From assembly GCF_009914755.1 (NCBI RefSeq), contig NC_060925.1: a stretch of 64,000 nt of DNA. One strand, written 5' to 3'. Below the pieces are notes generated by a model. That model ran no database searches, was not told the DNA's origin, and saw only the letters and a list, made by a program, of their open reading frames with translations. How positions within the stretch are numbered: position 1 is the first letter of the stretch; each line of letters starts with the position of its first letter. The position numbers and the translations under genes were made by a program. This DNA comes from the human T2T-CHM13v2.0 reference genome, Homo sapiens. Shown here in pieces: positions 32,811 to 64,000 of the stretch.

Positions 32811-33709
32811 GGCCATAATAAAATTTATACAAAATTATTTCTATGTATGCCTATATGAATAGGGAAGAATATACATAAAGATATTCACAGTGGCTATCTC
32901 TAGGTGGTAAGATTATTTTAATTAGCCTTTCTTGCTCATATGTAATTTTTATTTTCTCTACAAAAATTGGCTACGAAATTTTGGAGATAAAAACTGAGAA
33001 GTAAAAGATCTTCATGCAGCTATTTATTTTGTAGAATTACAAATATGGATATGAAAGGAGCCTTACAGGTCATCTGGTTTCATAAGATGGGGAAACTGAG
33101 GCTGAGGGAGATGGGAAGGAAATAACTGAGGACTTTGAGTTTTCTCTGAATTTGCATTCTCTTTTTTCTCTCCAAATGTGTGTGCGGAGCTTTTGATAAT
33201 TAATCTAAACCTGTATACTCTACAATGAGATTCTCATCTTTCATTATCTTTCTGACTTTTTGATGTATCTGCTTCCTCTGGTATGGTCATTTGTCTTTGC
33301 CTTGTTTCTAATTTTTTTTTTTTTTTTTAACATTCAACTGACTGCTTGGTTTCTCTTTTCTTTGAAAGACTCTTGATGTAAATAAGCCCTTTATCCCTAT
33401 CTGGCCTCTTTAATTATATCTTCTCACGTTTGCTTTCTGCTCTCTACCGACTAATTTCTCAGAAATTTGCAAGGGTGAATCACAATGCCTCCAAGCCATG
33501 ATTCCCAGAATCAGAAAATTGCTTTTTAAATTTGAGGTAGACTGAAACGTTTTTCATCCACGTATAGTATATGATCGAATACACCAGCCTTTGCTTTCTG
33601 GACCTCAGCGTTTACATCTGCCAGGTGGATGTTTTCCCAGCTTGCATGATGACTGCTTCTTGTTGAAAGCATCTTGGAAAATCTGAAGCCCTTTCCACCT
33701 CAACAGCAC

Positions 33710-34517
<808 letters not shown>

Positions 34518-34677
34518 TTATCCAGCTTGGAACATCTCTGGGTATAGTTTGGCTCCTTATCTGTGGCCTCTTCGAAAAGTGTCAATCATGAGGGTTGAAA
34601 CACCCGCCTACATACACACACACTTAGTGAATGAATTGACACAAGCCTCCAGATTCTTTTTTGAGAGTAGAATAGCA

Positions 34678-35590
<913 letters not shown>

Positions 35591-35696
35591 GTCCAGGTGT
35601 ATCCAGCGAGTTGCTGAGGATGGCAGGATGGAAAGGAGGAGTGTGAAATCGTGCCTGGAATGTCCAAGCGGATTTAATCTTATTGGTTAAAGATGT

Positions 35697-35710
35697 CCAC
35701 TAGGTGGCGA
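35697..35710 (+). promoter_or_regulatory. CTCF-type core motif CCACTAGGTGGCGA
   Basis: Near-perfect match to the CTCF core consensus. Confidence 0.7.
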
Positions 35711-36169
35711 TATATGCAAGGAATGAAAATTTACTATGTGGCTGACATTGTTAATATATGCAATTATTTGTAGATATAATTCAGTATTTCCATCATCCCT
35801 GCAAGATGAGTAACAGGATGTTCACTTTGCAGATGAGGAAAATGAACCTTAAGCAACCTAGGCGTCTGGTGAAAGGGTTTCCAGCCAGCAACCGGAGGAG
35901 GCAGGAATCATGCCAGGTGTGTCTGGTGCCGGAGCCCAGAGGCTTCCCAGATCCGCACACTTCATGCTCACTCATCTGCCAGCCACACAGAGGTCCTGGA
36001 TGTCTGGTGGGCGATGAGCAAGCGACAGAGAGTCCGTGTGATGAGGTTGCTCAGGCTGATGTGACAACAGTGAGAAGAGGCGTCTCATCTCATCCCTAAC
36101 CAGACGGGGTTAGGGATGGCGTCTTGGAGCAGCCAACCGGAGAGATTGACATCGCTGATAAAGAGGTAG

Positions 36170-38897
<2,728 letters not shown>

Positions 38898-39795
38898 AAA
38901 AAGGCAGATTCAGCAAGCTGCTGTGGGGAGGTGTTAAGGGCAGCTGTTTGGGGGATCGCACGTAACACCACATGGCTAGAATAGGGTCCAGGGTCCAGGG
39001 TATGCTGTGGGGTGAACATGTGGGGTGAGAGCAGTAGACATGTCTGCAGTGGGCACAGCACCGAGGGTATTCTACCTCCAGAGCAGTGGGATTTAAGCAG
39101 GTGATTGATATGAAGAGTTTTACTACTTAGAGGGCTCCAGACCCCAGATGCAGAGCGTTGAGCAAATGAGGCACCCTTTGCAAATTTGAATGACAAGTTT
39201 AACCACACGTAGTTACCCTGCAGCGTAGGACCTGTCCTAGCCAACAGAACAGAGCAAGAGTTCTGGAAGGTGTTTGATGTTTGCACCATATGCTGCGGAG
39301 TCCCACAAATCTAAACTCAAGCTCTGGCTTTGCCATTCACTAGTACCATAACTTCCGGCAACCCTTAATTTCTGTATCATAAAGTAGGAATAATGCTGGG
39401 ATCAGTGGGTTGAGCTGCTGTGAGGATTAAATGAAGCATTGCTTGCAAGGTCATGTTACCAAAGCAGTCCCACAGTGGAGTGTTCAGGACCACGAGTGGA
39501 TGGCGGCACCAGACTCTGAAATTCTCCTCCGGTCCCCTCCTGTGTCGCACGTACGTCAGCACGTGGCCGGGCGTGGATACCTGCCTCATGAGCCACGTGT
39601 TCATTCAGGAACTATTCCGACCTTACACACCAGGCCCTGGGCAGGGAAAGATGCTGCCTTCATGGAGCTGATAGCCTGGTCGGGGAGATAAATGGTAGTT
39701 AAATGACACAATGAATATATAAATAGAACCATGACAAGTGTTTCAGAGGGGAACCCTGTGTTCTAATTGGGGAGGTAGAGAAATGCTTGCTTGGT

Positions 39796-40245
39796 GTGTT
39801 AGTTTCCCAGCACTGTCATGACAAAGTACCACAAACTGAGGGGCTTGAAACAACAGGATTTTATTCTCACAGTTCTGGAGGCTGGAAGATCGAGATTGAG
39901 GTTAGGCAGGGCCGTGCACCCTCTGGAGGCCCTGGGGGAGGCTCCTTCCCGGCCCTTTCCCAGCATCTGGCATTGCTGGCAGCCCTTGGGATTCCTTGGC
40001 TTGTAGATGTGTCACTCCAGTCTCTGCCTTTGGTGTCACAGGAACTTCTCCCCTCTATCTCTGTCTGTGTCCAAACATATCTTTCCTTTATACAAACACC
40101 AGTCATTGGATGTAGGGTTCCTACTCCAGCATGACCTCATCTTACCTTGATTATATCTGCAAAGACCCCATTTCCAAATAAGGTCACTTTCACAGCTACA
40201 GCGGGGGGCAGGGTTGGGACTTCAAAATATCTTTTGGGGGAACAC
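39796..40245 (-). mobile_element. MaLR LTR (MLT1C-like)
   Basis: ACAAAGTACCACAAACTG...TTCTCACAGTTCTGGAGGCTGGAAG...TTTCCAAATAAGGTCAC. Confidence 0.75.
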
Positions 40246-41064
40246 AAAAGATATATTGATATATATATTTCCCCTACATCATTTGGGGAAGTGATATTTG
40301 AGCCAAGAACTGCAGCTTGAGAAAATCTTATCCAGTCAAAGAGGTCAGGAAGCAGGTTCTGGGCAGGATGTGGCCTGTGCAAAGGCCCTGGGGCAGGAGG
40401 GAGCACAGCACCTACAAGGGACTGAGCAAGGGCAGAGGAAGGGATGGGCTTTGGGCACTGATTATCTTTAGGAGTGAAAGAGTTGCTAGGTATTATTATT
40501 GTTGTTTCTATATAAAGGATCACACAGGACAGGTCTCAGTGCCCCGTCCTGATGTGCTGTCCAAGCTGCTCAATCTGTTTTCCTGCTGTATGCCTCACAC
40601 CCAGTTCTTTTCCCATCACGTATCATTCAGAGCAATGTGCAACCGCAAATATTTCTAAATGGGGAGAACTCAGGCAGATGGCGCGGCATGCCTTCAGCTC
40701 AGTGCACAGACTCTGCCCCAGACAACCCACCTGTGTGTCCACATTCCCCACTGACTGAGCACCTCCTGAGGGTGGGGGGCATATCATGTTAATATTTGTA
40801 CATCCAACATTTCATGAAATGTTATGAACATCAGAGGAGTTTTATAAGTGTTTGCTAAATGTTACTGACTTAGATTTTCAGGGTGTGGCCAATTCCATCC
40901 GAAGGGCGTTATTTATCTTGTCACTAACCGTATCCTAGAGAAGTTATTAAGCATCCGTCTAATTCAAAGGAAAATGGGTAGATGGTGGGAGGATTAGAGA
41001 GTGGACGCCATGTTGGAATGCAGGGGTAGGGGAAAGCCAGCTTGCTAATCAGAATGTCAGTGAA

Positions 41065-43664
<2,600 letters not shown>

Positions 43665-44782
43665 AACAATGATTATTTTTAATTTTATTCCATGGTTTTC
43701 TATATTTTCCAAATTCTTCTCAATAACATAAAAATGATTTCATATTGTATTAATTACTACAATGCAACATTGTAAGGTCGGGGGACGCTGATGGTAGTCT
43801 ACCTCCTGATCCTCTAGTATGCAGTATTTCACCCAGGGTTTTCACAAGCAGTTTCTCATTTGGTCCTCAGAGGACCCTATACCTAGGTGAGGATGGCGGT
43901 GCTGCTTCTGAGAAGTCGCTGCCTCCCCTTCTCCCTTTAGCCTCCCTGGCAAAATAAGACACTTCGATTGCGGGGCCACAGTCAGTTCTGACTCTGATAT
44001 CTTACGACACCTATCAGGGATCAGCCTGGACCTGTTACCTGAGCGGGGTGTGGCCTCCTTTCCTCTGCGCTTTCCCCACACCTGAAACTCCTGATCATTC
44101 AGCCCCTTACCTCTCCCAAGCTTTCAGCACAAGCTCTCCTCCTTAGCCTTCTAAATAAATAAACAACACCTGCACAGAACACTGCCATTTTCTGTAAGCT
44201 TTTCTTCCCCTTTAAAAATTGCAGTAAAATATACATAAGACAAAATGTATCATTTAAATCATTTTAAGTGTACAATTCAGTGGGGCGATATACATAAGGC
44301 AAAATGTATTATTTAAATCATTTTAAGTGTAAAATCCAGTGCCTTTAAGTCCCTTCACGATGTCGTTGCAACTGTCACCACCATCCAGCTCCGGAACTTC
44401 TTAATCATCCGTGGGTAAGCTTTTGAAGCTTTTGAATCCATAGTCTCATAACATTTTATTGCCGTCCTCATCGTCAGGTGAGGAAACTGAGGCTTTCTTC
44501 CTTACCTTGCTTTTGTGTTTTCTCTTTAACACTTGCACTCTGGCTTTTGCCCGTGGCTGTCCTGGAACTGACTCCCTTCAGGCTGTCAAAGGCCTCCTGA
44601 GGGCTGAATTTCATGGGCTGCTTCCTGGTCTTGTCTTGTTTCTGGTCTGCAGCATTTGACAATCTTGTTTTCCAATCTCTCTTAGAAATTATCTCCTCCC
44701 CAGGTTTCCATAATACTCTCTGTCTTGAGTTTCCTACTACTAATTCTTGGGTGTTTTCTTGTCCTTTTCTTTTCATGTTTTT

Positions 44783-45595
<813 letters not shown>

Positions 45596-46817
45596 GTTCT
45601 TTTCTTCAGGCTTCTCCTTCTCCTGCCTCAGGAACTCATCCTCACTCCCTGCAACGTTTCAATAAGCACTTGCCTGGTTTCCCTGCCTCTGGCCTTGCTA
45701 ATTAGACAACTACGATCTTTCTACCAGGAAAGTGTGATCCTGCCCTCAAGTCTACAAGGGCGGCCTGAGCTGACATGATAACATCTAACCTCTTTAGTTA
45801 GATATAGGATGTCCCTTGTCATCTGGCCCCTGGTGACCTCTAACAATATCCCCATCCCACTCCACCCCTTTACAGTCTGCAGTAGAACCGTCTGCAGTCC
45901 CAGTGCTGGAAGCCCAGGCTGCCTCATGCCTCCCTGTCTCTGCATACATGGTCGCTTTATCCTAGAACATATGATGTAGTTGCCCGTGTGCCCATCTGTC
46001 TCCACAACAGAGCAAGGTCCTGGAAGCAGGGGTAGGGGCGTCGGGGAGGTCTTGCTTGTCCTCTTTATGTCTCAGTGCTTAGTGTACCTTATATTTGGAC
46101 AATGAATAAATAAATGTGCGCTGCTCTAGAAAAGAGATCATTGTCTCGATGGAGTGAAAATCAGTAAGGGGCAGAGTAAGGACTGGACATCAGGTCTTGG
46201 AAAGTTCTGACCCTTCCCACTATGTAAACATCCTTTCTACTGAGGGACCTCACGGGGTGACAAAGCCTTAGAGGAAATGTACGCAGTCTCTGCATGGTCC
46301 TAAGAAAATAAAGGAAATAAAGTAAGTGTTGTAATCCTGGACTGGAGTAGAAAGACTTCTTAGGGGGAGGCATTTTAAGGAGGGTGGAGAGGGGGATGCT
46401 TCCCGCCTCCGGATCACAGTCTACGAGAGCTTGCTGCTTTAGATGAGCCCACACCAGACCGAGACACAGGCAGAGCGGTGCGGCTGAAAGACATCTCTGC
46501 ATCAGAAAACTTGAGTCCTGGTTTTTTCTACATCTGCCGCTGACTAGCAGATCTCAGAAGGCCCAGCAGCCTTCAGGTGTAAAACAAAGGAGTATTTTCC
46601 ATCTCTTTCAACCCGAAAATCCAGAAAGTGGGGACATCTGTGTTTGAAGATTGTTCAACATTTTTCAGATTAAACTGATCCACATTTTCCAAGGTATCAA
46701 AGTGGTGGCTGCATCCTCTCATGGTGCTGGGAATCACAGACTTCTCCCCTCACCCTTGATTGTGACCTGATTCTAGAAGACGGTTGCTGATAGAAATGTC
46801 CAAGTTATTCAAGGGGC

Positions 46818-46926
46818 TTCTCTAGAGGAAACAACTTCCATTTCACTCTTGATTCTCTAGAGGAAATATAACTTTCGTTTCACTCTTGATTCTCGAGAGG
46901 AAACAACTTCTGTTTCACTCTTGATT
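46818..46926 (+). repeat. ~35-bp tandem repeat x3 (TTCTCTAGAGGAAACAACTTCCATTTCACTCTTGA)
   Basis: Three diverged copies visible. Confidence 0.9.
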
Positions 46927-47572
46927 TTCACTATTTTCACGTTACGGGTTGAGATAAATGGCCTTAGATTTGACTCATCGAGGAGAGAGCGATTCTGCCT
47001 AGAGTTCTTTGAAAGCCGGCTGTACTGAGTGAGATCCTAGGTCACTGCAGAGAAGGAAAGGGAAGAGAAGTGGGGAGGGAGAGGGGAACAGAGAGGGGCA
47101 CGGAGAGGGACAGGGAGATTGGTTTCCTTTGACAAACCCAGCTGGTTTCCTCGGTAGTTGTGTGTGGTTTCCACCAAACCCACCTATCACTTAGTTAGGA
47201 CTGCTAATTAGGGGGCAGAGATGAGGACTGCTGTCTGTAGTCGTAAAGATGGTTACTAAGCAGGAGGCTGAGCTGGTGGTTGCAGCTGACACTGGAAATT
47301 CACCCAGCTTCGCCCCCCGGGAGATGTGCCACCCCTACATCGTAGGCAGCTGTGGGCCACAGGCATTTCGTTCTCCAAAATCCTACATTCATCTTACTTC
47401 ATTTAATGTTTGCAGCCACATAAGAAGTAGAAAACATAACTTGATTTCCAGATTAGAAGACTGAAGTTTGGACAGAAAAAATAACTTGCCCAGTGTCACC
47501 CAGCGGGCACACGGAGGAGCTGGGATTCAACATCAATGACTCCAGGACCATGGTCTGTCTCCACGAGACTAG

Positions 47573-50815
<3,243 letters not shown>

Positions 50816-51392
50816 GACCTGTTCCCCTGGCAGGTCTTTGAAAATGCACGCAGGGCTGCAGCAGCCACAGCCCTGCCAGAGAGAGAAGCCCCCATTTGGG
50901 GGTTGTGGGGAAGCAGGCATCTGCCAGAGATTCCACCTGGTTCTGGCACGTCTCAGGCCAGCCTGGGCTTTAATTCCTTGGCTAACCCTCCTTCCTTTCT
51001 TGCTGAAGTAAATGAGATATGGTTTATGACGTTTGCAGCTCAGGGGGTCTTGACTAATATAGTCTCTATGGAGTCAGATCCTGATGTTCAGCTACTCTTG
51101 GTCAATGGTTCCTGCCGGGGCTCTGGCCTCTCACTCCTGTAGTAGTGCAGGGCACTGCAGGGCCACTCATGTCCTCTCTCACCTCTGGGCCTCTGGGACA
51201 AGCCTCTAAGCAGAGTGGATGTCTATGCTGAGCAGCATCTGCTGACACCAACCAGACCACTTCTTCTGATGATGGTGACAGTTGCTCAGGTTCTCACCAA
51301 GAGCCTGGGGCTCCCTCCTGTGGGCTTCCCTGGCACAGTTTGCCGATGGTTATTTAAGCACATATCACAAGGGTGGGTGTGTGTCTGTCTTA

Positions 51393-59578
<8,186 letters not shown>

Positions 59579-59639
59579 AATTTTCAACTTTTAACAACAC
59601 GCATAAAATAATCTGGGAAGATCTGTAACAGTATGGAAA

Positions 59640-60635
59640 AGTATTTGTCCCCATCTGGACTTCCAGCACGGGCACTCCCTTTCTCCACCTGGGAAATTCC
59701 CTACTTGAAGAGAATGAAGTGGAAGCTTCCACCATAGAAGCGGCAGATGCCAGGGAGTCATGCTCCCAGCCACCCTTGCTAAGATGAGAGCACACGGTCT
59801 AGACTCTGCTAATCAAACGCCCCTGCTCCAGACTTTGAATTGGAAGCGTGTGACTTAAGGAAGCATGGACTGCATAATCTACTCTAGAGACGGATTCATT
59901 TATCCAAAACCCTTTGTAACCTCTTCCCTTTGCCTGTCCCTACTATAGAGGCTGGATGTGCCAAATGAGTGCTTCCCTTATAGCTCTAGATGGCTTATGG
60001 CACACTTCTGGCCCAAAAGATGTAGGTGGAGGCCTGACTTGGGATTTTTTGGTAAAACCTTGTCCTCCTGACATAGGAGTCACTCTTTCTGTCTTCTTCC
60101 AATTTCTGCCTTGAATGCAAATGTGATGGCTGGAGCTAGAGCAGCCATCTTGCAACCACGAGAGGACAACTCTGAAGATTAAAGCCAATATGCTAAGGAT
60201 GATAGAGAAGAAAGACAGATAGGGCCAGGATCCCTCACAGATTTTTTAAATGGTTGAATCAATGCTTGCAACAACTGACATCCAGATATGTAAGAAAGAC
60301 AAACATTTACTATTAATCTATTATTAGACAGATTTTCTGTTACTTGCAACTTTCTTCTTGCCTAACTGATACAGGCAATTTCCAGTGTCCAGCACTAGTA
60401 TTTCCTGTGGGGCAAACTACTAGTATCAGAGCCAGTGGTAGGGGCAGTGATATTATTCTAGAACCAGTCCTGCAGCATCACTTTGGGTATCATTCCTTCT
60501 TCTTAATCTCCAAGCTCCTCCAGCACTCTTGGAGATTTTGTGAACCACATAATGTGCCTTTTAATGAATTCTTTTTCTGCTTAAATTAACCAAATCTTAC
60601 TTCTGTTGCTTGCAACCAAGAACTCTGGGAAATAT
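59640..60635 (+). mobile_element. Old ERVL-class LTR (LTR33-like) interrupted by an MLT1J/K-like LTR (~59900-60375)
   Basis: CCCAGCCACCCTTGC...CCAGACTTTGAAT 5' part; 3' part TTCTGCTTAAATTAACC...TTCTGTTGCTTGCAACCAAGAAC; internal TGCCTTGAATGCAAATGTGATGGCTGGAGCTAGAGCAGCCATCTTG is MLT1-type. Confidence 0.5.

Positions 60636-64000
<3,365 letters not shown>

Overview
Primate (human-like; AluY elements present) Alu-dense genomic DNA with no recognisable intact protein-coding gene. Two features dominate. (1) A solo ERV1 LTR of the LTR10 family (17077-23711, minus strand, TG..CA ends, 4-bp AATT target-site duplication) sits in an old L1. Its internal 29-bp AP-1 (TGACTCA) tandem repeat has expanded to 211 in-register units (~6.1 kb). 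The array carries a two-position variant code, a 6-unit higher-order repeat and a 58-unit internal block duplication. (2) A full-length processed pseudogene of mitochondrial aconitase ACO2 (36175-38897) has a TSD, a poly(A) tail, multiple disablements and a still-intact 5' iron-responsive element. The rest is roughly 60 Alus/Alu fragments, MaLR/ERV LTRs, a degenerate ERVL provirus with gag and RT remnants at the right end, hAT DNA transposons, simple repeats, two strong CTCF-type motifs, and several local rearrangement scars including a templated insertion inside an Alu. Almost all ORFs in the track are Alu- or simple-repeat-derived noise. Repeat subfamily names are from recalled consensus sequences and should be confirmed with RepeatMasker/Dfam; most repeat boundaries are approximate.
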